A DNA stretch of 63,240 nt, counting the filler, from Intoshia linei (taxonomy: Eukaryota; Animalia; Orthonectida): NCBI GenBank assembly GCA_001642005.1. It is 3 parts of 3 records of this genome, joined end to end, with 100 filler letters (N's around TTAATTAATTAA, not from the genome) between each part and the next. Parts side by side here need not be neighbours in the genome. Positions count along the whole stretch, not along the records: positions 1 to 27,572 come from LWCA01000432.1; 2 more parts are not named here. One strand, 5' to 3'. Position numbers and translations under genes: made by a program. Position 1 is the first letter of the stretch. Every line of letters begins with the position of its first letter. The notes beneath the pieces were generated by a model that saw only the letters and a program-made list of their open reading frames with translations, was not told where the DNA came from and made no database searches. Shown in pieces: positions 14,501-27,672 of the stretch.

Positions 14501-17500
14501 ATTATTAATGAAATATCAAAAGAAAATCCGCGTAAAAGCATTGAAATTAGTTTAAATGTTATGGATATACCTTCAACAAAAGCAAAGAAATCCATTCCTA
14601 AAACAGAAAATATCCTCAAAAGAATGATGGATTCATCATCTCAAACAATTGTTACTACTATTCCAACTGTAACAAAGGAAAATTTTATATCGATTAATGA
14701 CGCTGCTGAACCATCAAATAGTATAAAACAACAAAGTGAACAATCATGTGTTTCAAATGAAGTCAGTGACAATAATTCCAATCAAGCTTTTTCAATAAAT
14801 GAAAGTGTAAAGTTCAATTTCAGTTTTAACTATTTTCAACGTGTTTTGAACAACTTCGTGGTCGTCCCAAAATTTTGATTTTAATTTCTGATTAAACCAT
14901 CTAGCTCAGATGTGGGGAAACATTTACTGTTCGAAGGCAGAACTAATCTCCCAACAAAATTTAATAAGGCCGCACCTTTCTAAATAAAATTTAAACAAAT
15001 ACAGCAGTGTTTCATGAGGGTGAATAATTTTATTAGGGGTGAATACGAAAATTTTAGATGATTGGGGTGAATAAATTTTTAGCATATTTTATTCAATTTA
15101 GTAAAATATTATGAAAAAAAACTAAAATTTTACCAACCCTTAAGAACAAAATTCCTCTATCTCATCGCAATAGAAAAAACTTAATTTTACCAAACCTTAA
15201 GGTAAAAATGCTTTTACCAATATTTTTCAGAAAAATCCCATTTTAACAAAAATTAATATTTTAAAAATAATATAATAAATAAAATAATTTTAAATGAAAA
15301 ATAATTCAAACTGTTCAGAAGACCGTGCCAAATTGTCAATAATGTAACACTTTCCCCACCTATGATCTAGCTCGTCACAGTTAATAACATCGCAGCAAAC
15401 ATGTCAAAAGTGATGAACTGTGCTTATATTTAATGCACTGGTTGATTCACTTGATTAGAATTATGTGAAATATACAAATTTTAGATAATTTTTTAAAGTG
15501 TCAGTACACCAATAGACTTTGGGTTAAATTTATTCTTTTTTATCTTTTCTATTTATATCTATTTCTGAAAAAGACCAGAAATTATTTAAACATATATACT
15601 ACTAAATACCAATTTTTATGATTTTTCAAGATACAGTAAACACTCAAAAAGTGACCACTTTTTCCACTAAAGTTAAAAGCATGTAATCACTATAGTTACA
15701 TATTATTTAAAATACAGTATTCATTTTACATACCATACATTTATCATTTTAACAATAACTGAAACAGAATCTGATTGATTAATTGGCTAAAATTATTAAT
15801 TACGTTGACGATCACCATGAAAATATATTAAAAATAAAACGAGAAATTTCTAAGCCAATCATATATTATTTGTCTATTATACAAAAATATTTCTGAGTGG
15901 TTTCATTTGAAACACCTGAGGACTGTATCACTTTGTTTTCTAATAAATATATAATCTAGATTCTTTGGACAATGTGGTTTTGCATAATTTCTAAGATTAT
16001 TAAATATTGCATAGATTCCATCCTTTCTTAATTCTTTAAAATCTTAACTTCTTAATTTTTTGCTATATTGATATTGTCAATAGTCATTAATTAGGTCTTC
16101 AATAAAATTGACATGGTTTAATTTATATTTTTGGTCACTTTTTCGAAGAGAAATTTATTTATATTAGTATGGATTTGTTATATTGTCTTAATAAGTGGTC
16201 ACTTTTCGAGTGTTTACTTTACTGTAGTGTTTGAAGAAAAGAAAAGGGTTTTGATGCAAAAAAAGAAATTTTTTATTGTTTTTGTAAAAATTTTTTGTTG
16301 TCTCCAATATTTTTCACATTACATGTAGTTAAACGCTCAAGTGAATCTACATTTTATCCAAACCTGGTTTCAATATATTAGTGGATTCAACATAGTTCAG
16401 TATATTGAAAAAAGAGAAATCTCTACATGTGTAGTATACAAAATAAAAATTATAACTAATAAATATTGTAATATACAATTTAGATATTAGTTGACAGTGA
16501 ATTTTCAACAATCATTTCAGTGGATACTTATAGAGATAGAGATGAATTTGACATTCCAGATTATATTGTGGAAGGTACCTTTTAATGAAATTAGTGTTAT
16601 ATACCTAATATTTAGACTTACAAGATGAGGAAGCTGAAAAAATGGTGGACCGAAATTGTGCCGTGTGCAGTATAAACAAAAAAAAAAGCTATAAAAGATG
16701 GTTACAGTTTCAAAACACTCTCTACAACGTTGTGGGAGATTTTATTTTTGAAATGGTCATAACATTCTGCATAGCACTCAACGTCCTAGTTATGGCCATG
16801 GAATATCACGACATGAATGCAAGCTTTAAGTATTCCTTAAAAATTGCAAACATTGTAAAATTCTAATATACCGTTAACGTCATTTAGTTTGTAGGTATTT
16901 ACGTCTATTTTTATAATAGAGGCTATATTTAAATTGCTGGCGTTAAGTAAACAATATTTTTCGAGTAAATGGAATATATTTGATTTTATTATTGTTTTGG
17001 CAAGTATAATAGACCTGGGAGTGGATAGTGTTGATGGGCTTTCAGTGCTAAGAGCATTTCGTTTGGTAATTGCTTTGTAAACGTTTACATTTATAATTTA
17101 TTAATTTTAGCTGCGTTTGTTGAGAGTATTCAAACTTGCTCAAACATGGAATACAATGAGAGTTTTGCTATATATCATTATTAATACATTGGGAGCATTG
17201 GGAAATATCACTGTAGTCTTACTCATCGTCATCTACATATTTGCCGTCATTGGAATGCAGTTATTTAATGGTTCATATGAACCGCACTTTTATATAGATA
17301 AATCGAAGCCTGCGTTTTATTTTTAAGTTGCATTACTTATTTAAATTTAGCTGGCATTTCGATGATTTTCCTCATTCATTGCTGTTGATATTCAGAATAT
17401 TGTGTGGTGAATGGATTGAACCATTATGGGACTGCATGCGTCCTAATGGACAACTATGTATCTTAGTTATTGTACCCACTCTAGTTATAGGGAATTTTAT

Positions 17501-20500
17501 GGTAATTTTTTTAATTACATTTTATCTTAATGTTAATTAAATTTTTTTATTTTTTGTCGATCGCATGTCGTACTTTTTAAATTGGCTCTCTAATTCTGTA
17601 AGATTTTACCATATTATATATATATACTAGGTTGACTGTTATGTATTACGTACAAACAGCACCTAGCTCTGCCGAGGGCACATTTTTATTATACCAAAAA
17701 AATAAATTCACGTTGAAAATCTAACTTAAAAATACTACTATTCACTACTATCAATCCTTTAAAGGAGTGGTTCTCAAATTTGTTACAGGTGGAACCATCA
17801 TATTACATTACGTTTTACTTTAAAATGAATTATTCCATCTTAATTTTTTGTTTGTTAACATTTTAAAATAAAGTAAAAACAGTCCAATCCTAAAAATTAT
17901 CATAAATAGCATAAATTACATAAAAAATAAAATTATAAAAACCTATTTTGTGATTTTCAATGTTATTAATAATTATTTATATCAATAATATAATAAATAC
18001 TTAAAAATACCAATTATTTATCAATGGTTAACGGAATCTTCACTTTATAAACATATTTCAGGCGCATTTTACCAATATTGCGCAGCATAGAATAATATTG
18101 CTTATACATGTATAATTATATAAGTAAGGATTTTCTGAGGAGACGCAATTGTATGAAGAGTATATGAGGTGTTGGTAGTGTTGTCAAACTGGTTTCTCCG
18201 ATAAATTGTTAAAATAAACACAAAAATTAATGAATTAATATTTTAAAACCATTATAATTATCGGTTTCTCAATTGAGTAGGAATGAGTGTATTCTTTTGG
18301 AAATTGAAGGAGTAATACCTTACAACGTAAGGCTTACATATTTAAATAATTATTACTGGATTAACGCTTCCTCAATAAGAAATACAATACTGAAATGATG
18401 ATGCACTGGTTTTTTTAAATATTTTTTTAAAAAAAGTGAATGAAAATAATGTTTTTTATATTTTACAATGTCTTGGACCACTTTTTAATTTTTTATGGGT
18501 TAATATGGGCATTTGATATTGCAATAAAACCGGTTTTTAAATTTTCAATAAATTTGACGATACTAGGTGTTGCATTGAATTTTCATTTATAAATTTAATA
18601 CAGTGGAATCCGCTTATAAGAGACGCATCGGGACCAAGCAATTAGTCCCTTATAACCGGACGTCTCTTATATCCGAAAAATCATAAATAAATAAAATGTT
18701 AAGTAATATATGTCGTTTAGAATGTGTAAAAATGGGAAATGTATACATTCTATGGGCAAGTCGTAGAATGTATACATTTCATAGATAAGTCGTAGAATGT
18801 ACACCTTCTATGGGTTAGTTGTAAAATGTGTAAAACTTTTATTTATATTATAGTTTAATTTTGGGTTTTAGTAATTTTTTTTAAACCAAAATTTTAAGGA
18901 GGGTTTTTAGGAAATCTTTTGTGAACCAAACATTCAAGGGGGGTTTAAGATTTTTTTTGATATCAGTTTTACACATTATATGCAACATATACTTAATTAT
19001 TTTTTATTACAGCAATAAAACTAAAAAAATCATATTTTTCTTCTAATTTTAGTGATTTTTTTTTTAACGCTATTTTGTAGGTTAAACTTTATTATTAAAA
19101 CAATTAGTCAAAAGTTTAAGGTTTCAAAAATCATTTTCCACAAAAATTGTAATAATATATTTTAAAAAAATAATTGCCTGTCCACTATAAGCGGATTTTT
19201 GTCCCTTATATCCGGACGTCTCTTATAACCGGTGTCTCTTATAAGCGGATTCCACTGTATTGTTAAATTTTATTTCCATATTAAAAAATGAGAATATTCT
19301 TAAATTTAACCATTTTCACTAAAAATCAAAATTTACCAATTCTCAATATAAAAATCCTCGTTTTCCAATATTTTTATAACTGTTAGTAACGAGATTTTAG
19401 TAAAATCGTTTGGATTTAAATAGACCCCTTAAGAAATATAAAATTTAGTAATACATTATAATTAAAACCAAAAATGAAAATGGTGACGGAACAGTTTAAT
19501 CTATAAATTTTTGTAAACATACTGTGACTTTCATTTATAAATTTATATCCCAATTTTAATCTTAAGTAACAATTTTAATAGAAATAAATGAATATTTTAC
19601 ATTTCTAATTTACCTCTAGAGAGGCGAAAAAAAATTAAAAAAATTTTATGGATGGAAAAACTTTTTATTTATATTTATTTACATTGTGTGTACCTCCCAA
19701 ATAAACAGTACTTATTATCATTATATTATCCCCATGTGGTTATTTAAAGATATAAATGTTTTTAGGTTTTGAACTTGTTTCTTGCTCTATTGTTAAGTTC
19801 ATTTGCGAGGTATTATATATTTTAAAATGAATTAATTAACAATTATATTAATTGTTGATTCTAATCAGTTCCGTGTAAATATAACATCCTAGTCCACCGG
19901 ATATCAATATGATTGGCTCATTCTGCAAATATTAATCTAATATGAAAACATTTTGTGAAACCATGTTTCAAAGTTTAAACTTTCATTTTCGTTTACTGGC
20001 TGCACCATTGTTATTATATGAGCCAGTCAAAATATATTGAAGTATGTATTTCTAACATGTTTCTCTGTAACTCTTAAAGAATAGCACTAAGTGTTAATCA
20101 AAAGTAAATTATGATAAAATTTTTACAAAAACTGGACAATTTTTGGCAATTAAAAACAGTGAAGACTATAAATTCGATAAATCAAAGTTATTACGACATA
20201 ACGGTTAAAATTAAAAAAAATTGCGAGCAGAATTAACCTTTGCAAGGCACACCCCATAAATACGTTATCAAAAACATTTAATAGACAAACGTTTTTAAAT
20301 TTCCGGGCACCTGTTCTATTTTGACACGGCACTGATACTCACATTTACATACACTTTGTATAGAGTGTAATTAATTTATTTATTCGTATATTTTATACAT
20401 TAATAAATTAGTGATTCTCTGCATCACACTAATGAAAGTACCGATGAAGATTCACACATGATTCGGGGAATAAAAAAAATAAAAAATCTTTTCAAAAAAT

Positions 20501-23500
20501 CATCTATCGTTAAAAAAAATAAACCATTAACACTTATGATTGACCATTTGGCGAATCAAAGGCATATCACCATTTTGAATCAACAAAACAAATTTGTAGA
20601 TTCTGGAAATTCTGGTAAAATGAATATTATTCAAAAAAAGGCGTTGACATCTGCCATCAAGAAAATTAGTAAATTGGAAAATAGTGATACTACAAACTCA
20701 GATATAGGTAATCCACAATAATACATATACAATGTATATGTGTATATGTAAACTGTGTCAGTGTATTATGTATGTAATACATAAAATTAAACAAACAATA
20801 CAATATACTTTGGTCTTGATAAAAGTAATCAACATTTTTCTTTTTGTGTCTTAATAGCAGATAGATAGTTGAGGTTGGAGAAAAATTCACTAAACTATGC
20901 TTTAACTTCTTTAATCTAAAACTTTTTTCTATGCAATGTAATTTAATGTTAAAACATCGCAATCTTTCCAGCACATGTTGATGGATTTCAATATAGTAAA
21001 ATTAATTTGGTACTACAGTAGCGACAGATTAAGCGGACCAGTTTACTATTGAAGAAAAGGGGTATCATAGACTAGTGTTGAAAAAAGAACTAATTTTTTC
21101 AAAATTTAAAATTTTTCATTATTTTCAGTATAAAATAATATTTAACCAAGCAAAAAGTAACTTTCAACCAAAAAAGCTGATTAGTATTATGAGGACCATT
21201 TTTAATTTGGACGTAGTCGAAATTTTTTTTAAGATGCGTTGAAAAAATATATTTCTAAAAAGGGGGAAGTAGACAAAGGATTAGGTTTATATTATGAACT
21301 AGACCCCACAATATAACCGTAAATATATTTTTAAGGAATTTTTAAAAAATTGTAAGACGTTATTATACATTAAAATAAACAATCTTGTTATTGACTAGTG
21401 TACTTTTTCCTTACCAATTATTGTAAAATTGTTTATTTTAGCTGAAAATCGCCAACTCGGGAAAACAAGCCTAGCGTTATCTTCAAATAGACCCAGTTTA
21501 CCAGTAAAGGAGCTGGATGAAGAGGTTGAGGATGAAGCAAAACAGGAAATGACGAATTGTTTACCAAATCTAAAAATTTTTGAAAAACTAAACATTAAAT
21601 TTGATTCGACAAACTTTTCAAAAAATTGGAAACGAATGAGAATGTATTCGTTTCGAATAACGGAACATAAATCATTTGAATACTTTATACTCGCAATTAT
21701 ATTTGCAAGTTCTATTTCCCTTTGCTTTGAAGATATTTATATTGACGATAACCCAATATTAAAGACTGCACTATCTAATTTGGACATTATTTTTACGATA
21801 ATTTTTATGATGGAGATGGTGTTTAAATGGATTTCTCTTGGATTTTACAGATATTTTACGTCATTTTGGTCACTATTGGATTTTTTTATTGTGGTAATAT
21901 CCCTAATAACCCTTGCGACACAGAGCGATTCCGATCAAATATCATCCTTGCGTGCTCTCAGAACGTTTAGAGCTTTTCGACCATTGCGAGCTGTTTCAAG
22001 GTGGCAAGGAATGAGAATCGTTGTAAATGCATTGATGGTATCAATCCCTTCAATTGCCAATGTCATGTTGGTGTGTTCTTTATTTTGGTTAATTTTCAGT
22101 ATAGCCGGAGTGCAATTGTTTGGTGGAAAATTTTACAAATGTTTAGATTCCGCTGGCGAACTTTTGAATGCAAATTTAATTAAAAATAAAACAATGTGCT
22201 TGAATATGGGATATAGGTGGCAAAATTCAAAAGTAAATTTTGATAATGCGATAGGTGGTTATTTGGCTCTCTTTCAAGTGGCCACTTTTGAAGGATGGAT
22301 GGAAATTATTCAAGACGCTACCAGAGTCAATGATGTCGATAAACAACCGTTTCATGAATCAAATTTTCATGCAAATTGGTTTTTCATGTTGTTTATCATA
22401 ATTGGATCGTTTTTCACTCTAAATTTACTGGTGGGTGTCATTATAGATAATTTTAATTGTCAAAAGAAAAAATATGATGGAAACTATCTTGACGTTTTTC
22501 TCACTCCCAATCAAAGAGGGTACTACAACACATTAAAACGTTTAACATCAAAGCGTCCCATCAAAAATATTAAACGACCAAAAGGGCAATTACAAAACCT
22601 CTTTTACGATATAAGCATTAGCATAAAATTTGAATTAGTTATAGTTATTTTAATCGTTATTAATACAATTATAATGACTATCGAGCATTACCGTCAAAGA
22701 ATCACGTATAGTGTGGTAATTGAAATTGCCAATGTACTTTTTACAACTACGTTTTTAATGGAAGCTATTGTGAAAATCATTGGAATGAGATGGCACTATT
22801 TTCGTCAAGGTTGGAATATATTTGATTTTATTATTGTCATCACTTCTATTCTAAGTAATTATTTTTAAAACATGATTTACATCAGGGTGGTTCAATCTGT
22901 GACCCTTTCATTGTTGTTTTATTAATTAAATTGACAAAATTAATTGTTCTATGCAAGTCTTTATTTGTATTCATTTACATATTAAATAAAATTCATAAGT
23001 AAAAATTCGAGGGAAAATTGAATGATTTGAGGCAGAATTAAATTTAATTTTAGGTTTAATTGCTTATTTAGGTTTAGAGTTTCAACTTGAGACTAAACTA
23101 TTTAAACTAATGTAATATTGGTTAATAAAATGTTAAAATAAGTTTTTGATGGCGAATGAGTAAATTTCTCAAGTATAAAAAATTTTTTATACAAACTGGG
23201 AATAAACTGTTCCATAATCATCTTTTCTTAAATTTTAGGACCCTTGTGAATAGTTTTCATTTTAAAGAAAAATATTTTCAAAATTATGCATAGTAAATGG
23301 TAATTTGCGATTTTGAGAGTGAAGATGTAAATTTATTGTAATACACTCCTAAGAAAAAAATATTCCTAGAATTTAAAATTGAAAATGCCAAGATTTATTT
23401 TTTTAGCAATAGTTAGTCAGATAATTTCCATTAAGTTGTAATTATTATCACAAGCTAAATGCGTTGTCTTATTGCGATCCAAAAATCAATTTTAAAATAC

Positions 23501-25680
23501 ATTTTGGTCTACACTCCCGTGCTTGCTCCATTTTTCCTTACAGTTTAGTTTATTAAATTTAATAATTTTCATAGGTGTAATTTTTGAAGAAGCTGTTAGA
23601 AATATATTTATTACACCCACATTACTACGAGTTGTTCGTGTGTTTCGAATTGGACGTGCATTAAGATTAATCAAATGGGCTAAAGGAATTAGAAAATTAA
23701 TGTTTGCATTAATTATTTCTTTTCCTGCACTAGTCAATATAGGAATGCTCTTATTGCTCATAATTTTTATTTATTCAATATTTGGAATGAGTCTATTTGG
23801 TCACGTTAAAAACACCTTTGGCATGAATGACCTGGTGAACTTTCAAACATTTCCCAGGTACGATATTATTATATTTAATATTGTATATTTCCATTTATTT
23901 TAGTAGTTTTCTTGTATTGCTAAGACTTACTACGGCGGCAGGTTGGAACGAAATTTTGGATCCTTTAATGATATCGGAACCAGATTGCGATCCAAATTTT
24001 TGGACTAACCCACAAGGAGTAACATTACTTTATTTAATGCATCAGACCCTCTAATAGTGGCTTTTAATGTTTATATATTATATATCAACTCACCAATTTA
24101 AAAATAAATACAAACGCCAAATAAGTCTCAGTTTTTATAATATAAAAATTATACATCATGAACACTTTTAACCAAATTGTTATTAGCGGATTTTTCAAAC
24201 TTTAAAGGTGAGGGTTTATTAAGAATTTTTTAATGTATAGAATTTTAAGGTTTGGTAAAAAAAAATTCTGAAAATTCCCTCTTTTGACAGTTTAGTAAAA
24301 AATATGTTCATAATATATAATTTTTATATTATGAAAGCTAAAAAATTCATCAACGCCTCACTCTATATTATTATATAATATTTTTAAATTGACCCCTTGG
24401 GACGATATCGACAATATACTGTACACTGTGTATTACACATGTATGTAAAACAAATTTACAAAAAAATGTAAAAATTTCAATACGTTTAATTTGTACGCCC
24501 TGCATTTCCAAATGATTTGTTTTGTATACCCAGTTAAGAACCACTTATTAAATAACATTGAAAATATTGTAATTTTTAAATTAGGTTAAAGTAAAAGGCC
24601 CAAATGGAGACTGTGGAAATTATTACATTGCCATCGCGTTTATGGTTAGCTTCATATTTGTGACATACCTAATCATAATCAACATGTATATTGCCGTAAT
24701 TTTGGAAAATTTCACTATAGCTCACGAACAAGAAGAAGTAGGAATCACGGAAGATGATTTTGATAGCTATTATTCATCTTGGAAGATTTTTGATCCATAC
24801 GCAACTCAGTTTATAAAATTTGAAGATTTATATGATTTTGTCGATACCGTTGATCCGCCCCTCGGAATTAGAAAACCAAATGAAATATCTTTAGTAGCTC
24901 TCGATATTCCGATAGTGATTGGAGACAAAATACATTGTAATACATTGTACAGCAATTTTTAAAATTTTTGAAAAACTGCAGTCTGCCAATAATTATTTAT
25001 GTATTTAAAAAATTGGTTTTAACTTATAAGGCCTTGATTATAAATATAGAATATTATACATACCACTAACAAATACTCATTATTAATATTGTATGAACAG
25101 AAAGTCAATTAAATTCGTTTTAGGGACAATTTTGCAAAAATACAAAAAATAATAATTTTAAATACTAAAAAGAATTTTAGTGGCCCCAACATCTAAATAA
25201 TCTTAAAATTTTCAATATACTCGTCACATACGACTGGGCTATGTAATAATAATTATCTTATTATTGAATGTAAAACGTAGGCCTGGACATACTTATAGCA
25301 CTTTGCAAACATGTTCTGGGTAATATTGAACAATCGAAAGAATTGATACAACTTAAAGATGCATTAGATGCACACTATACAAAAGTATTTCCAATTCGTG
25401 AAGGACAAATTGTCATTTCTAGCACAATGAAGCGAAAAAAGGAAGACGGTACAATTTCGTATATTTAAAATAAATCTAATTAGTTGCTGCCAAAACCTTG
25501 CAACGAGCTTATAGAAAACACAGAAACGCCAATATATCCAGCAATTTGAAAGCTATAACACAAATGGCCATTAAAAGTAAGGATTTATCATCTAGCGGCA
25601 CCCATGGAGGAACAATTTCAAATGAATCCATTTCAGCTAGGACAACTCCAATGCTAGATAAAAACCAAAAACACTTGTAA
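5576..25680 (+). CDS. Nav2: Four-domain voltage-gated channel alpha subunit, Nav2 (DSC1/BSC1/NaCP60E-like), about 23 exons
   Basis: Four 6-TM repeats with S4 segments ([11 protein letters not shown]; [14 protein letters not shown]; [18 protein letters not shown]; [17 protein letters not shown]). Pore loops TLDFWE, CGEWIE, TFEGWM, TAAGWN give D/E/E/A. III-IV linker [11 protein letters not shown]-like C-terminal FDPYATQFI and IQ motif TLQRAYRKH. The splice junctions read by eye are in-frame GT-AG; exons in the I-II loop are less certain. Confidence 0.95.
7483..8100 (+). mobile_element. Helitron-family non-autonomous element, 5' part
   Basis: Starts a|TCcttacttacataaa like copies at 33463, 43451 and 45051. 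Shares internal blocks (cagccctagaattt, cctgttaacacaca, aagtgacg..ttcac). The right end is approximate. Confidence 0.55.
8259..8520. repeat. Dispersed repeat, probably the end of a hAT-like MITE; second copy at about 38574-38897
   Basis: About 260 bp of close similarity, with indels, to 38574-38897. This copy ends ...cccatgccttaaaacggctctg. Confidence 0.6.
9302..10362 (-). mobile_element. hAT (Buster/Charlie-like) internally deleted element
   Basis: 16-bp TIRs cagtggttcttaacct / aggttaagaatcactg. The minus strand carries a transposase C-terminus, [51 protein letters not shown]. The TSD is only partly conserved (acatataa/gtctataa). Confidence 0.8.
11594..12715. mobile_element. hAT non-autonomous element containing Helitron-family sequence
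   Basis: TIRs cagtgattcccaacct / aggttgggaaacactg. TSD aattcgat/aattagat (7 of 8 match). Confidence 0.75.
13179..14162. mobile_element. hAT-like MITE
   Basis: Termini cagggtggtccaaa / tttggaccaccttg. TSD-like flanks ctatataa/gtatatag (6 of 8 match). Confidence 0.6.
14907..15364. mobile_element. hAT-like MITE
   Basis: Termini cagatgtggggaaa / tttccccacctatg. Perfect 8-bp TSD ATCTAGCT at 14899-14906 and 15365-15372. Confidence 0.8.
15634..16224. mobile_element. Tc1/mariner (pogo/Tigger-like) MITE
   Basis: TA|cagtaaacactcaaaaagtgaccactt ... aagtggtcacttttcgagtgtttac(ttta)ctg|TA. Confidence 0.7.
17627..18075 (-). mobile_element. Helitron-family element, 3' part
   Basis: The minus strand ends hairpin-CTAG|T. 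Collinear with copies at 45684 and 60015. The inner boundary is approximate. Confidence 0.7.
18601..19257. mobile_element. pogo/Tigger-like MITE
   Basis: Perfect 24-bp TIR cagtggaatccgcttataagagac, TA TSD on both sides, and subterminal cttataNccgg repeats. Confidence 0.88.
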
Positions 25681-25726
25681 TTTGTTAATACACATTTAAT
25701 GATTATGAATACATACGGTATATATT

Positions 25727-27265
25727 TCATGGTTCATAAACTTCAGGCATAACGTAAGTAATATCATCCCATGGATGCCTGTATAAATCTTGTTTTAATC
25801 GTCTTTGATCCATAAAATGTCCGATAAAGCCAATGCTTCTACCCAACACGAAAAGAGAATTCAAACAACCCATCTGAACATAATTCTGTGATTCTTCACT
25901 AAAATAAAGATGATACCAACATGTAAATTAGAATTAAACCTGGTAAAACACCCACAGGATCTCAATAAGTCAACCATCGTAACGGCTATACATCCGTCAA
26001 CGTTTAATATCAGATTAGATTTCTAAATTCAAATTAAAATTTCAAAAAACTCATTACCTTTGCTGTAGTAACTTGCTCCACTTTAATCGCATATTCCAGC
26101 AACTCAGTGCTATTGAAATTTTTAAATACATAGTCTTTCAAAATGGATACTCTTTTGTCAGGATTGTTGACCTGAATAATAAAATAAATGCACCACATAA
26201 TGATACCGATTTGACACGATGGCCAATTCCCATTATAAGCTTTCCTTCCCGTCTGACTTGATTAACAAATTCAGTTGGTAATAAATTTGTATCAAATGCA
26301 TTCGAAAATTGTTTAGCTGCTCCATTTAATGCACCTCCAAATTTTTCACCCTTTTAAAATTTTTAATGTTTTTTGGTTTATATAATTATTACGATAGTCA
26401 ACAACCCTGAACACAAGCAAGATATCAAATCTTTGCCAGCTCTAGCACATACAATTGTATTATGTGCACCAGAAACAGCAGGTCCATGATCGGCTGTTAA
26501 CATCAAACACATTTCTAAATATTTACACGCATAGGAAGGTAATCTAATCACGTTATAAATAACATTAAATGCGAAATACCGTTTTTGAAACCACAACAAA
26601 CCAAGTACTCCACCCAGTCCCATATCCTTATCGATAATTTCTGTAATTGGCATACCACAATATAACAATTCTTGGCCTCTTTCGTCAGTTATGGTAGACG
26701 TAAATGAAGCTGGTTTTCTAATTATACCCAATTCCTAAACATCCGCAATTATATTAAAAATATTGAAACATACCTGAGCCCACGAATAATCCATCGGAAC
26801 AGTCGGTGGAGGGATTTCAGGTGATTCAACTATTATTTTTTGGTTCAGCAATTCAGTATATACTTCCCTAATAAAAAAAATATTCAGTTTACACTATATA
26901 TTACTTGATTTTCACATCTAAACTATCAAATGTCGTTGGAACAATAGCTCCGGCAGCCCGGAATGCTTCATTTTTAGCTGTAGCTGTTTCATAATTGGCA
27001 TGTGCTAAAGATCCAGCATGACCGAATTGTACCTCAGAATTCAGTTTATCAGTACATGTACCAATGCACCAAGCAATTAATGGTTTTTCTATTATTTTTA
27101 ATTTCAGTTTTTCAATTACTTCATATTCCAACGTTCCTCCAACCTAAGTTAAGCGTAAAAATTTAAATTAAATAATCAATTACCTCTCCCAGTAGAACAA
27201 TCATTTTAATGTCATCATTTTCATTATACCTTTTGATGTGGTCCCAGTAAGTCGTTGAAGGATAC
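25727..27265 (-). CDS. ACLY: ATP-citrate lyase, 3' portion; the 5' exons are missing at the assembly gap
   Basis: [11 protein letters not shown]; EVQFGHAG (phospho-His); [11 protein letters not shown]; [21 protein letters not shown]; [24 protein letters not shown]; ends [19 protein letters not shown]. Confidence 0.95.
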
Positions 27266-27572
27266 CTAAAACAAGAATATATAAAACTAAAACATTAATT
27301 TGATGACAAATGGATTCCCAATTAAAATGCAACGCTACAATGTATATATAATAGGGTGGACATAATTTCAATATTTATGAATTTCTGATAGGACAAAATC
27401 CAAAAGTTTTCGTTTTGATTAGCAGACATAAAATCCAAAATCTTAACAAAATTCAAAAAGTTTATAAGGGTGCTCAAGGGCACAGAATTACAATATGAAT
27501 ATTAAGAGTATTACTTAATTATATAATCAAATTAATTCTAGGAAAGCCAAATAAGGTTCAATTAATAGTTTT

Positions 27573-27672
27573 NNNNNNNNNNNNNNNNNNNNNNNNNNNN
27601 NNNNNNNNNNNNNNNNTTAATTAATTAANNNNNNNNNNNNNNNNNNNNNNNNNNNNNNNNNNNNNNNNNNNN
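27573..27672. other. Scaffold gap with artificial TTAATTAATTAA linker
   Basis: N44-TTAATTAATTAA-N44, with the same structure at 38474-38573. Confidence 0.95.

Noticed and set aside
18710-18830. About 30-bp periodic gtcgtagaatgtatac repeats resembling a CRISPR array
   Set aside because: These are degenerate tandem repeats inside a MITE in a eukaryotic intron, with no unique spacers and no cas genes.
27617-27628. TTAATTAATTAA palindrome inside N runs (also 38518-38529)
   Set aside because: It is identical and centred in both 100-nt gaps, so it is an artificial all-frame-stop scaffolding linker.
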